Shown here: positions 29,336-42,802 of the stretch, piece by piece
How positions within the stretch are numbered: position 1 is the stretch's first letter
Layout: each line of letters begins with the position of its first letter
DNA from: Ancylonema sp.
Lineage: Eukaryota
Direction: 5' to 3'
Assembly (NCBI GenBank): GCA_050230475.1
Contig: JBFLGF010000122.1
Coordinates: forward strand, 1-64,000
Length of the DNA stretch: 64,000 bases
The notes under the pieces: generated by a model
The model's database searches: none
What the model saw: only the letters and a program-made list of their open reading frames with translations
Told to the model about the DNA's origin: nothing
Position numbers and translations under genes: made by a program

Positions 29336-31892
29336 GATGCAAGTTTGCATACATTTTGCTAACGAGTCTTTGGACAAAAAATATAGTTTCGTGTCCATGG
29401 TGTGTGCTCACGAGATTACATGTCATGTGTGATGTGACAATATAAACACACATTTTTGCTTTGCGTAAGTGTTTAGCATAAGCAAACATGAGCGATGATG
29501 AGCGCGACAATGAGCGTCGCGCACACAGTTTGCTTATAGAGAAGAGGCGTTTGCTTACAGAGAAGAAGAGTATCTGCCTATTGAGATGAAGAGTGTGCCT
29601 ATAGAGAAGGAGAGCGTGCCTTGAAGAAGAAGAGTCGTGACGAGCAAAAGGATGGAGGAGGATGGAGGATGGACCGTGATATTGCGGTGATACTCACAAG
29701 TGGCGCAAATGGCGCCGGATATGCCACGATCTGTATTGGAACGGAGAGTGAAATGGATAGGATGGTGGAATAAGATAATGTGCGGAAATCACATTTTTTA
29801 GGTAGAAAGTCGATCATTTTAGCTCTTTGCCATTCTAACATTTCCATTTATCTCAAACATGAGGGCGGAATGTGTGCATGTGCCGCTGCGCTTGAATTTG
29901 TAGAGATCTAGTATGTTGTGAGAACAATGTAAATGGTTAGAAATGGTTGGGAGGATAGGTGATAACAGCCGGAAGATGTTCAAAACTTGGTGTGCATGTA
30001 GACAGCGTTGTACATTAAGAACCCCTACACATGCAAGGAAAACACAACACTCCAGGCAACATTTCTACAAAAACACCCACTTTGAGTTGTTATCGGCTTG
30101 CGCAAAAATTGCATGTCATATATAACATTGTGGCTGACTCCATGAGGTTAGGTCGAATGTTCGGTACATCTAGATTTATCTATTTCAGACTTTAATCACC
30201 TATTTTTATTATAATGCATAAATTTAGGTGGATTGTTCTAATGGCGATTAAGGACACATTTCTCTATATGAGTGATGTGTTTTTTTTTTTTTTTTTGGGG
30301 TTATTGTCCTCACCATCTCAACGTGTAACGATGGAAAAAAAGATGCTTCAAAGTGACGCTAATTAGCAACACCTTCCAAGGTGAACGATACAATGTAAAC
30401 GCACCGACAGGTTACGATGCATTAAACTATTTCGGCCAACGTTTTCACTTTTAAAAGACCAGGTTCTATGACGAGGTTAATCATGGATGAACACAATCCA
30501 ACCCCTGGATTTGGAAAGTCTCTGCGTTTTTCTAATCATTTCAAATTACTATGCATTCCTTCTGAGCCTTGCGTGGCTCAATCAAATCCTTCTCTCTACA
30601 ACACCACCCACCACCCCTCCCTCCTCCACTCCTCACTCTAGTCTCCCTCGATACAAGGAGGCCTCTAAATACCCCCTCATCCTCCACTCCGTCCCCTCGC
30701 ACCCTATCCTACACCACCTTATGCTACCCATGCCACCCAAGTACTCCCGCAAAACTACGCGACTCAACTGTAGTCGATTATCCTCCCTAGTAGTGACCAT
30801 ACATGCTATATATGATAGAGGAGGAACAACTTCCGTACTAGCTCCCCTCCCCATCCCTCCCTACCCCAAGCGCCTCTTCCCCTCACATGGCCGCGTAGGT
30901 GACGGTGGTGCTCTCTTCCTTGGTACTGCAACGACGTCAAAACGCAATCGCAATCCCACGGAAGGAATCACAAAGGTTGCAAAGCGTTGGTTGAATGAGG
31001 AAAAACCACGTGGCTGGAAACCGAACTGGGGGATCAACTAGTCATTAGTGCATGAGGTCATGAAGGCATGAGCTCATCAACGCATGAGGGCATGAAGGTA
31101 TGAGGGCATGAGGGCATGAACTCCTACAGTAGCAAATGGAGATAATGCAAGCGCATAAGGTCAGGGCTCATGGTCTCATTAGCCTCATGAGCTTATGATC
31201 CCAGCCAACCGATCCCTTTCCCTCTTTCTCTCCCTCTCCCCCTCTCCTCTCTCCTCTCTCCCTTCCCCCCCCACCCTCCCTCCCTCACTCCCCACCTCCC
31301 TCCCTCGACTAGTTGGGGAATTAAATATCGCATAATTCTGTTTCCCAATTCCTCACGTCCAAACCCGTATCTGATTCCCCTATCCTCCCTGTCCTCTGTG
31401 TAGCGGTGGGTTGAGTTCACTAGAACGGGGCATGAGGGGAATGTGGCGCACCATCCGTACATTCCGTACTATCGAACTAGTTCACTAGAACGAGGCATGA
31501 GGGGAATGGGAAGGTACTTCATTGGTGACCTACTAACAATAATCTATCGTCATCAAAACTGTGTCACCGAATGTCTTCCCCACAACCAAGTTTCTTGAAA
31601 TTCCGCACCATTCCGTACATTCCGTACCATTCCGTACTACCGATCGTGATTTATGTGCACAACACACAGAAACACAGTTAGAGAGAGAGAGAGAGAGAGA
31701 GAGAGGCACCCCCATCGAACCTTTTTCTGAGAACGCAAACGTTGACAACCTCAACGATTATGTTACTTTTATGTGTCAAGCCTCATGTGTCTGTACCCCA
31801 ATGCCGGCTTCAACTGTGAAGTGGAAAAGTGAATAGCAAGTCAACGGATTATTTCATAATTCCACACCTCCGTCTCGGACTGGGGGGGTCAC

Positions 31893-32240
31893 TTACGCCA
31901 CCACCACCACGTAGACAGCGTAGATCAATCCGGGGATGTAGCCCAGGATGGTGAGGAGGATGGAGATCTGGACAGGAGGGGGGGAAAGAGCACAATGAGC
32001 CCAAGGAGCCCGGAAAAGTGAGAAGGGTGGGGATCTGTACAGGAGGTCGGAATAAATGGCCTAACCAAGGGCTACTCTTATCTTTCTTATGTGATTCCTT
32101 CCTACGCGCGCAGAGAATCCGCACAATCACATGGACTTGGACACCGACATTGAGTAGAAGCAATCAAGGGGAGAGAGGTGGGGAGGGGAGCAGGGGGAGG
32201 GGAAGGAAATCGGAAGGAAAAAAACCACAAGCACACAGAC

Positions 32241-32274
<34 letters not shown>

Positions 32275-33798
32275 ACTACCACTCAATGCTGACAAGGTTA
32301 TCTACTCAGACTCCTGACCCCTGACCCCTGAACCCTAATCCTGGTCCATGGCATCTTGCACCTGAAATGATGGTTGACAGAAAAGACACTTCCAATGACA
32401 GGACAAAGTCATCACAGAACAAAGTGCATGTTGACCGTTGACCGTTGACTCATTGTACGAAGACTGTATAGGCGCAAGCCCAGATAGGAACGGAGGTAGA
32501 AAGTGAGATGAAGGCAGCGGGATTCACGTCTGGCTGTCACTCCAATCTTCCCTCCGTACATGCACCACAATCTGGAATGATACTACAAATGAACAAGTGT
32601 TTCAAACAGACCAGGAGTTTGCAACAGAGCGTACCCAGAAGGAGCACGCGCAGCCTCGCTTCAAGAACACGCCCTGCAATCCACAGAACGAAGGGGGAAA
32701 GAAGGGTAGGGGAGGTTGGGGGAAGTTGGGGGGGTGGCAAGACACACGCGGGGAAAGTGGACGGGATCATTCGCCACTACGACTCTGAACGAGGTGTGGA
32801 AAAGGGGTTTGACTCGAAATGGGATCCAAATCGAGTACAGCGCGTCTGACGGTTTGAGCGATCGTTGGCGACAGAGTCAGTATTTCCACGATGGGATGAC
32901 GCCAGCAGAGAGCGTGAGCACAGTAGGACTCCGCAGGCTGGTTGTTGTACACCGAAACCTTTTAGATAAATACCGCGGGGACGGTGAAGAACATATATAC
33001 ATTTGAAAGGTTTTTTCTTTTTCTTAGGGGTATGTCTTGTAGCGAAGAGGGCACGCCGGAAGGAACGAAGGGTGAATGAGTGAGTCAGGGCAATGGGGAA
33101 GTGATTAGTGTCAGTCGCAATCCGTACAGTCCGTACAGGCTTTGGAGTATTATTTTCACTGAAAAGTAGGGACCTGAGTATCACCGTGAACTACTGAAAT
33201 TGAGATTTTTTTTGGTGGCTGCAATACATGCGCGTTCTCCTGCATCGATTATCAGGATTTCGGGTACCCTGAGGTTAAAGTGAAAATTTCAGTGAGTAAT
33301 GCATACAATCATGGGTACGGAGTTAATACTGTGAATTGATACGATCGATTGTTGTAGTGCAGAGTGGAATTCATATTGTGAATTGATACGATTGACTAAA
33401 TGTAGTGGTTACTGGAATTCATATTGTTACGATTAATAAAATGTATTGCATACTGGAATAAGAATTTTAAATCGCAGCTGCATGGCATGAATTCCAAGAT
33501 GAATCAGTCCCATTAAATATACCTGTGCTTTTTGGAAGTCTCCATACTCAAAAATTTGAGTTCCGTTTTGTACACGAGAACCTCCATAAACTAGGGAGAG
33601 AAGAAAGAGCCCGAAAAAAGATAATATATTTTATGTCTCTGGTGTATTTACCATTTTGTATCATAATGTTGAGGGAAACCCAAACTGATGTTTCTTATCG
33701 TATTAAATCAATATGTATCTCAGAGTTCTACTGTATCTTACCAAGGGTGGCAACAAAATCGCAGCAAGGACAGCACAGCAGTCATAGAAACCGCCCAT
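31893..33798 (-). CDS. RCI2: RCI2/PMP3 proteolipid, copy B, 56 aa
   Basis: Exons 33798-33742 (MGGFYDCCAVLAAILLPPL), 32673-32635 (GVFLKRGCACSFW), 31967-31893 (ISILLTILGYIPGLIYAVYVVVVA*). Same exon sizes (57/39/75 nt) as copy A; probable 5'UTR intron ~33940-33804. Confidence 0.95.
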
Positions 33799-34572
33799 TG
33801 CACCTGAAAACATAGAAAGTAACCTCTTGTCAATGAGAAAACAGGGTTGTCGGTCTCTACAGTTCTTTGCCGAACAAGGATGCTCCATCATGAATAGGAA
33901 CTCCTGGCAGCCAGAGGCCACAGAGTATACTCATACTTACGCGATCGATTAACCGCTTCCCTGTGCCGAGCACAGTAATCACTCATCACAAATGAATAAC
34001 GAGCGCGAGTTGAGTCAGAGTCACATCCAGCAATTTCACGCACCTTTTTCGTGAGGTGAGAGATATAAATTTTGTTTAGAAGTCGTACACCTCCACTCTT
34101 CTTGCTAGATATCAATTCCTCAGAAAACGAAAGCAAAGTGAACCCGTCAGAGGTTCTATCCTGTTCGAGAGGAAAAAATCTAAGTTTGAGTGAACTCTGA
34201 AGCTTCGTAACTTCGTGTCTGTATTTTCAGCTGGACAAAACTTTATTATCTTTCCCGTATACAAATTGCATCTACCTCCCTCAAAATTGGACGAGACAAC
34301 CAGGGAGCAGAAACGAAGTGGTTTTTTTCGGCAGCATCGTGATGACAAAATTATGTTTGCGACGTGTCATTTGAGCAATCGTTGGCAGTTTTCACGTCTG
34401 CGTCGGTCCAATTGTCAACCTCAAAATCAGCACTTTGTCACGTGGCATGCTCTGGAAGCTTGCTCGGTTGACACGCGTTGGGCAAGTAGGGGATCGGGGA
34501 GCCCTCTGGGCTGGGGACTGCGCATGGAGCAGCCCACAAGCTGCGGGGCCTACCGTATGAGGAATTATTTTT

Positions 34573-36024
34573 TAGGGTTGCACGACACGCCATACGTGTC
34601 GGAGACGGTGCGTAACCGACGCGCCGTGTCGGGCAAATCTTGCCACTAGTTCCTGTTGGCCGTGTCGCGCCGTGTCGATACTAGCGTTGTGAAATTACCG
34701 ATTACACCTTACACCTTACACTCGTACGTAAAGTGTAACGTAACGTAAAACGTAAAAATACATGTAATTTTTACGTTTAACGCATAATTGGTAAAATACA
34801 CCTTACAGAGCCGAAATTCCCGGTAAACGTAGTATCCGGTAAATTTCAGTCATATGAATTAATAAATATTAATTTATACAATAAATAATAAATAAATAGA
34901 TATAAATAAATATTTATTTAAAAAAAAAAAAAAAAAAACTTGGGTTTTCTTAATCTTTGTTTGCAGTCAGTCACCATGAATACTATTGTACAGTGAATGG
35001 CTTCGATGGACTCGAACCTCATACAATGTGTCGGTTGGCGAAACGTCATTTGTCAATTTAATGTCGATTTTATCCTCACAATCGTCATTTACGGTAAATA
35101 CGTGCTAAATATCTTACCCGTAATTACCATTTACCAAGGAAAGTAACGACATTACCGGTAAGTGTAATTTACACATGTCATACACTTTACGTTTTGACTG
35201 TCCGTAATTTACCACAAAAAAATACGTCATTCATACGTTGCGCGTAAAAAACGGTAATTACTACAGTCCAACCCAAAAATACCGTAATTTCACAACGCTA
35301 GTTCGCCGTGTCGGACGATTGGGGTGCCGTGTCGTGCAACTAGGGTGGGCACCCGCCGTCCAACCTCTAACCTCCAACCGCCAACCGCCAACCGCCAAGT
35401 GTCAATTGCCAACCGCCGGTTCGCTTACAGCCATTTTCCAAGGCCTCCTTCCAACCGCGCAAATGCAACCCACCCGCCCAACCGCCTCAAACAGAGGTTG
35501 GAGGTTGACGGCGGTTGGAACGATTGAATGGCGGTTGAGCGTAGCGGTCGTTTTGGTTGTAGCGGGATAAGATATTCCTCAATAAATGGAAGGATTGGGT
35601 GCGATTGTGGTTTGTTTTTCTTCCAACCACCGTCCAACCGCCTCCAACCGTGGTGGTCTGGCGATTGGGTGGCGATTGGGTAGCACCTCGGTGGCAGAGA
35701 AACCTACCCATACATGTTCTACGTGTGTCAATGTTTAACTTTGATGGTTCGTTTTTGGATTGACGTGGTTCTTGAAATGTTCGATATACAATTCAATTTT
35801 GGACCCGACTTTTGAATTTACAATTTTGTAATTTTCGTTATTTTTTGCGATTTTGCCAACCGCCCAACTTCATCCCACCCGGGTGGCACCTTCCCCACTG
35901 GATGGCGGATGGAATGCGGTTGGGAAAAAGCCACCCGGTGGGGCCCAACCGAAACGGTGGGGAGCAGTCGGGCGCGGATGGTACTGTACCTACCGCGATG
36001 AAAAATGCGGGGGTAACAACCCTA
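34573..36024. mobile_element. Cluster of nested or adjacent hAT-like MITEs
   Basis: Outer TAGGGTTGCACGACACG...CGTGTCGTGCAAC (34573-~35340). Inner element 34682-35300 has perfect 17-bp TIRs TAGCGTTGTGAAATTAC. Adjacent CCAACCGCC-rich element 35341-36024 (TAGGGTG...ACCCTA). TSDs not clean. Confidence 0.7.
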
Positions 36025-37119
36025 GTCGTGTCGTAGGAGGGTCAACTATCCCTCACCGCATCACACGGCGGCAGAAAGCTCGTCCGGCACAAACCTGGAT
36101 CGTGTGTTTGCCGGCACGATTCTGACTGCAGCGCACGAGCGCACGTTTTTAAATTGCCCCATATTCCGCTGGAAATATTTCCTCATGTTGGTTTCCCTCA
36201 AGCAGGGCAGACCCGTTACTGCATAGGCAGTTTTCTTGTACAGAACGGAGTAGTTTGAGAAGAGAGATAGCAGAGAGTGAGGGGAATTTGTGCTGGTTGT
36301 AGATTCGCAGTGCGTATGGAAGAAAAATCCGAATCATGTAGTATCAACACGTTTTCATCCTCTCTCAATCAGCGCACGACATCCAATGAAATAGTCGGTA
36401 CACGAGCGGGGTGTACGAAGGTCGGACATAAATCGAAAGTCGACATCGCTCCACATAAATCGCCCCTTAATCGGCCGTTCAGACCGTGGGTACGTTTCTG
36501 CATTCGCTTTCACGCATCACGTGACAGGGACTCGGGTCTGCTCTCAGTTCGTCACTGAAATTTGTCGTCAGCACGAATCGAGAGTAAACTTCCACGCTTT
36601 TGACACTAGCAACTGCAAAGAGGAATGGCCATGCTTGAATAGAAGTCATCCAGTACACCTATCGTGATTTGTGCTGGGTCTGCACCACTCCTCCAAAATA
36701 AGTAGCATCACGTTGCGAATTTCAAAACGGCAGGGACCAGCTGCAGAAACCGAGAGTTCTTCTTAATGGGGTGGCTAGCTGGGCCATTCTGCTGAAAAGA
36801 TGCAACGAACGACAAAACTGAAATTTGTCAGAATGGAATTTGTATTTGTTCCTTATAGAGCAAGATGAATTCACGGAGGCAGAATCTGAAGGGACACGGG
36901 ACTGTCAACTTCGCGGGGTTGCATGGACACACTGTATGATGGCGCACGTAATCGCTGTTACAGGTCACATGTGAGACTTCTCCTGAGTAGCCAGTCATGA
37001 CCTGCCTGGAAGGCAAATGTCGATTGAATGCCTGCCAGCAGTAAACCAACACATGGATGGTTAGCACGTGGACTGACAAGTGATCACCCGCCTTCCCATA
37101 CAGATAACCGACGTACATC

Positions 37120-38915
37120 ATGGTGACTGCCGAAAAGTCAAACGTCTCGCCAAGCCGCCAAGTGTCACCCTCTCAGCGGCCAATGACTCCTCTGCCCGTG
37201 GGAGCTCTCGCGGCTCTCTCAATCGCCCTCTTCACCCACTCTGTCTCTGTAACGATTGTATTCCCGCTCGCTCCAGTCATGGTCGCAAGCTTCCATGTTA
37301 CCGACGATGAAGCTAAAATCGGGTGCGTGCCACTTCATGCGTCGTCATTCGTCATCACAACACCGTTGCTATTGGTATTAGTCTTAATGATAGCAATAAC
37401 GGAATTTATGATACTAACACTGATACGAATACAAATAATAATAGTAACAACAACAACAACAGCAAGAACAACAATACTAATGATGTTAACCTGGCCGCCT
37501 CTGATACCAACGCACGAAAAAGTCTCATCATTATCACATCTCCCCTGAAATCCATCAAACAATAATCCTGTGTACCTCAAGCTGGTATACCCCAAGCCAT
37601 AAGTTCCAAGTCTCCATTTTTCTCCGACCGAGGTGGAGGGGCAGGGGCACACTCTCTCTTCCCACACGTTTATCTTCAGTCATGTCTACCAAACCTTCTA
37701 TCGTGACAGCTGTGTGTGTGTGTGTTGCTATTCCAGATACTTTGCCGGATTGGTGGGGTCCGCTTTCTTCTTTGGCTCATGTATCGCCGCCCCGGTGTGG
37801 GGGTGAGTCATCACACATCCCCAATGCCCGCCCTCCTTGCACGGTGACGTCATCCGTGACGTCCTCGTCCATGCATCAAGTTCTGGAATGTGACGGTCAT
37901 TCATTTCACCACCGATGCACCGCACTGCTTTTGGAAGGGCCAGTCAACGGTCACATGGGCTATATGCGCGCCGTCATGCCACGTCAGTAGCAACGCTGAC
38001 GTGGCACGCGTCAGCTACTTGGATATGCTGACCTGGAAAGTCATATTTTGTTCTGCATCTGAGTTCAGGCTTTGACAATCTGCTGAGTCGGAGTAGGAAC
38101 CCAACTGTTATCCCTCTCCCCCCTCGCCCCTCCCCCCCTCCCTGCTCTGGTTGCCCTTGGTTGCCCTGGTGCCTCCTGAAGCTATTTGGCGGATCGGATG
38201 GGGAGAAAGGTCGTCCTTTTGATCGGGATCTCCGCCCCCACGATCCTGGGGGTGGTGTTCGGGTTCAGTCTGAATCTCCCCATGGCCGTCTCCACAAGAT
38301 TCGCGCTCGGTCTCTCCTCTCCACCGTATGGATCGCCGCAAAGACGTGAGAGGCAACAAAAACAAAACAATTCCATCAAACAGAAAGCTGCCTGATTGAA
38401 GACACGTTCTGGTGCTTGCTGCCTCATGATTTTGTTGTTTTCACCTGTGGAGTCCCGGCCGGATTTTCATGCGTGCTTTTCGTGCGTAATGTGGGGGACC
38501 ACGTCCACGTGGAGGGCCTTGTGTGGCGCCATGTGGATACGGTTGCCACTCCACCTTGTACTTTTGCTAGCTGTCAGAACCCGAATGAACCCCCCCCCCT
38601 TTTGCCTTCGTTTGGGTGCAGATCTGTGACTGAAATTTGTGACGAGACCAATGAAGTTTATGGGTAACAAATTGACCCCTTTGCATCTCGTCCTGACCTT
38701 TTGAAATGGAGATATTGCAAGTTGTAATGTCTACCTACGGCAAATCGATCATAAAACGCCTAGAAGATGTTTGAAAGGAGAGGGAAAGAGGGGGTGGGGG
38801 GGAAGTCACGCCAGGTTGTGCTTTTACCCACTCGGTTTCTCACCATTTTCATTGTTTCTTTTATTTCTCAGATTCTCCGTGTTCATGCTATGCTGGGGAC
38901 TCGGCCTAATCGTGG
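37120..38915 (+). pseudogene. ZIFL/tetracycline-resistance-like MFS transporter, N-terminal part only (3' exons not found)
   Basis: Exons 37120-37322, 37737-37802 (YFAGLVGSAFFFG...PVWG), 38182-38325 (YLADRMGRKVVLLIG = MFS motif A; RFALG), 38622-38663 (SVTEICDETNEVYG), 38872-38915 (FSVFMLCWGLGLIVG). Transposon DNA and the next gene follow. Confidence 0.75.
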
Positions 38916-39330
38916 GTAATTACCCGGAAGCCTCCCCAACTCATATTCGATCCTTGCCTTTTTTTTTTTGTCTCCAACTCATTATTCAACTCGAAGACAA
39001 CTTGTCTACTTCTTTCTGACTATAGCCTCCCCCCCCCCCCCTCCCTCCCCCCCCCCCCCCCCACCTCCCTCCTCCCCCATGTTGATGTTAATGAAAATAT
39101 GTACATGTACTTCATGTATGAAAACGTGTGATGTATATGTCCACATGTATGTATATGTACGTGTACATACAAAAACATTGAAAAAACCAAAAAAAAAAAA
39201 AAGTTCCTATCATCAGAGGGCTTCTATCGCAACCGGCTAGACACATGCCGCTCCTTTTTGGTGGAACGGTTTTCGAGTGGTTTCATTAAGGGTGCCCAGT
39301 ACGGTAGTCCACGAATTACAAGTACACATG

Positions 39331-39699
39331 GGAGCCCGGAGCCCATGGCGGATCCCGGAGCCCGGAGCCCGGAGCCCAAGATCTGGGCTCGGATCTTACC
39401 CGGAGCCGCGTCGGAGCCCAAAATTCACCCAAAAAAATAATAATAATAAAAATACATCATTTCTCTCCTGATGATCTGGCCGTAGGATCCGTGTGCTTTC
39501 CCGCTTTTTTCATGAATTTATGAATCATGGGCTCCGAGCTCAGATCTGAGCCCGGATCCGAGCCCGGATCTTACGCTCCGACGTGGGCTCCGACGTTCGG
39601 CTCGGAGCCGGAGGAAAAACACCCCTTTGAGCTCCGGGCTCAATGAGCCCAGATCTGGGGCACATTGACATTATTGGGCTCCGGGCTCTCCGCACACTA
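39331..39699. mobile_element. Partial copy of the hAT MITE at 5717-6136
   Basis: Colinear with ~5795-6136 and ends in CCGCACACTA; left TIR missing. Confidence 0.85.
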
Positions 39700-40250
39700 T
39701 TAGGTCCAAGCAGAACCAAGGTTGATAGCTCGATTTTCAACGGCCGATGAACATCGGGAAAACCGGGGGCCTCCCTGCCACCGTTGCATGTACGGACAGT
39801 GCGACATAAACGTGCGGGAGTCATTTCCCGCAAAAAAAATCCTCTGCACCGACCTCACCACAAGAATCGGACGACCAATAGGTGGGTGACGGTCTATATG
39901 AAAGACTGTGTCCGTCCGATCCATTTTTTTTTTCAAAAAAAATGGAAAGATTCTGTTGCGAGTCATGCGGATCTTCTGACACCACGGAAATCGGGAAGGC
40001 ATCGGGGGCACGGTTATAATGAACGATTGTCAATCACACGTTTTTAGCCATCCGACCGTTGACGGTTGGGCGGATTGGCGGCCGTTGGGCTCTTGATCGG
40101 CGGCTGGATGGCGGTTGGATGGCAGTTGGGCGGCTGGAAGGCGGTTGAATGGCGGCTGGACGGTTAGGTGGCGGCTGCGCGGTCGGGCAGCGGTGGGAGG
40201 CAGCTGGCGGTTTGCGAGCCGCCAACCGCTGGGATTCTGGCGGTTGGGTC
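39700..40250 (-). mobile_element. Partial inverted copy of the CCAACCGCC-rich hAT element at 44854-46210
   Basis: Its reverse complement shares blocks ATCAAGAGCCCAA, GCTAAAAAC, TTGACAATCGTTCA, TGTCAGAAGATCCGCA, TTCATCGGCCGTTGA, in the same order as 44860-46000. Confidence 0.8.
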
Positions 40251-40428
40251 CCACGATTTCGCACAAGAAAACGAGAGCACGACATGCTTGACTCGAGCTG
40301 GTACCTGCCCTTCCTTGCTCGCCACATATGTCTTTCCGGCTGATAATATTTTGTGGCGAGAGAAGCAGGCTACTGAAGTATCACGTATTCTGCAGGTGAG
40401 GGCGAACTAGTAGTTGCCCCTGTTCAGA

Positions 40429-42757
40429 ATGAGTGGGTCGGGGGAGGGAAGTGTTTCACATCGGAGCCATGGCATGTCAGTTAAGCAAGTAGCTATCTTG
40501 GTAGTCTGCGTCCTTGGGATCTGGGTCTCGTATCTGACTCAGGGGGTTCTTCAAGAAGATTTGTAAGTCGAATGCTTTCTTACATCACATAGGCCTGCAC
40601 GATCAACCGCTTGGTTAGGACTCGCATTTTTCGTCACACCACCATTCTTACGAAACGGACCGATCGCGCAGTTAGCAACCATCAATGTGGCTTTTTGAAC
40701 CCAACCTATTTTCTCTTCAAAAATATTGAGCTATTTGCATTTGTAGAGTGGATGATACGATCACCCGAGATCTGAAGTGGAATAAAATCTTAGTTGGAAA
40801 TATGTATTTTCGATATCCCTACTTATAGCACCATCCTAATGCGTGCATCTCGCTGGGTCCAGATCTACCAAGAAATTTGCTCCCGACAACCAACGATTTG
40901 AACACCTGACATTCTTGAATCTCGCTCAGAATGTCGTCTGCTTCATCTGGGCGTCTTTGAGTAAGACGTCGAACCTGCCTGCCTGCTTGCCCGCCGTTGT
41001 ATCACTGGATGCAAAGGTCCCCTTGAAGATAACCACACCAATGGCCAGCTCTGGCAGCAACAATTTAAAGAAACAAGACATGAGAAATCACGGCCGAGCA
41101 ACATTTTTTCGCGTCAGAATCAAGGAACTGTTACTCTGGTTTTGAAAAGGTTGAATCTCTCACTGCAGTGCTTCTCATCTGGAGAAATAAGCCAGAGACC
41201 CAGCCTCCTGTTCTCACATATTGGACGCCCAGTGTCACGAACTCCATTGGACCTGCCTGCGGCATTATTGCTCTGAAGTACATCAGCTATCCTGCTCAGG
41301 TACAGCAGACGCTTGTTAACCAAAATGTGATATTCTCTAAGCCTGTAGCCTGACACAAAACAATAAGTGTGACACAGGTCACACTAAGAATCAAGAGCCA
41401 GTGCCCTGGCTGTCATGGTCAATTCTGTGGAACAGAATGACCATTGACCATGCTGTACGTAAGTACAGCATGGTGGAGGATACTGAATTCTCTTTCTCTC
41501 AATTGAGATTCCAGAATCTTGTTGGTAATTTAGGAATGGAAAGATCGTAGTCTGGCTAGAATGAGGGAGAAAAACGCAGCGATGCTTATGATAAATATTT
41601 GAATTTGATTTTGGAAAGACTCTTGGGAACACATTTCGCTGTTGCAAAACTCATTTACATGGTTCCTGTGGGCAGGACCGAGCGGTATCGCCGTAGAACG
41701 CATGCATTACAATTTTAAGTTTTTTTTTTTGTTTATTGGACAACCTTTAACTTGCGTGAAGTTTCATACAATCAACCAATTCCGAGGGCCACTTGGATAC
41801 TGCCTCACATCCTTAAAAAAAACAGCTTTATGCTTTTGGCTTTTTTTTTTTTTTTTTTTTTTTGGGGGGGGGGGCCAGGGGGAGATGAAGCAATTGTCTG
41901 GCTCACGGCTCATGTGTTTGAACATATTTTATCATCTGGGTCTCTTTTTCTTTATCAAGTGAGATCGGACCTCGTGAAGGCAACATATCACTAAGAAACT
42001 TATCAGTCTGTTTTACTGTTGAAGAGGCGTTTCATGGAGTTTTTTTTCCCCCCCTCTGGTTGTGATCTCGTTGCAGGTGCTTGCGAAGTCCTCCAAAATG
42101 ATTCCAGGTGAGAAAACCAGGGGATAGGTCTCAAGTGAACGTTATTTTTATTGGAGAGGCAAATAGGGCACAATGAAGACTTCGTTCTGCCTCCTATGCA
42201 GTGATTCCCAGCATGCGACCCCTTATACAAAAGGAAAACAAGAAGCCCATTATCCTTCTTAGTCACAATTCCGTTCATTTGTTGCTTCAATCGGGATCAC
42301 GGACTAGTAGGGCCGCTGATATGCGCCGCTGATTAGGTTGGCCTGACACTGTCTGTGGTTTTCTCCTGGCGCAGTGATGTTAATGGGAGCCCTCATATAC
42401 CGCGTCCATTACACGGTGCCAGAGTACGTCTGCACAATTCTGGTGGCTGGAGGAGTGGCGGTGTTCGCACTGTTCAAGGTGATAGCCGGGACTGGGTGTA
42501 GGTTGTGTCGCGTGTTCGCTATCGGCAGGTCTTACATACCCTGAAGTACGCTTCGATTCGATGCTTGAAAGGTACCAGGTACAGACAAGCTCGTTAGCTG
42601 CAACTCATCTGGGCACGGAGAGCAAACCTGTGAGGTTCCTCAATGTACATCATCAATGTATCGGGTTACGAAGTTCATATCAAAAATAATAATAATAATG
42701 TGAAACTTACTTATGATATAACATTCTTATATCCAATCTTTCTCTGCATGTCAATCA

Positions 42758-42802
<45 letters not shown>

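Noticed and set aside
30487..31041. 184-aa ORF
   Set aside because: Low-complexity C-rich sequence, no recognisable domain or splice context.
38915..40429. Spliced MFS-UTr fusion protein
   Set aside because: The last MFS donor is phase 1; joining it to the acceptor at 40427 gives GAA TGA (stop), out of frame with the UTr ATG.
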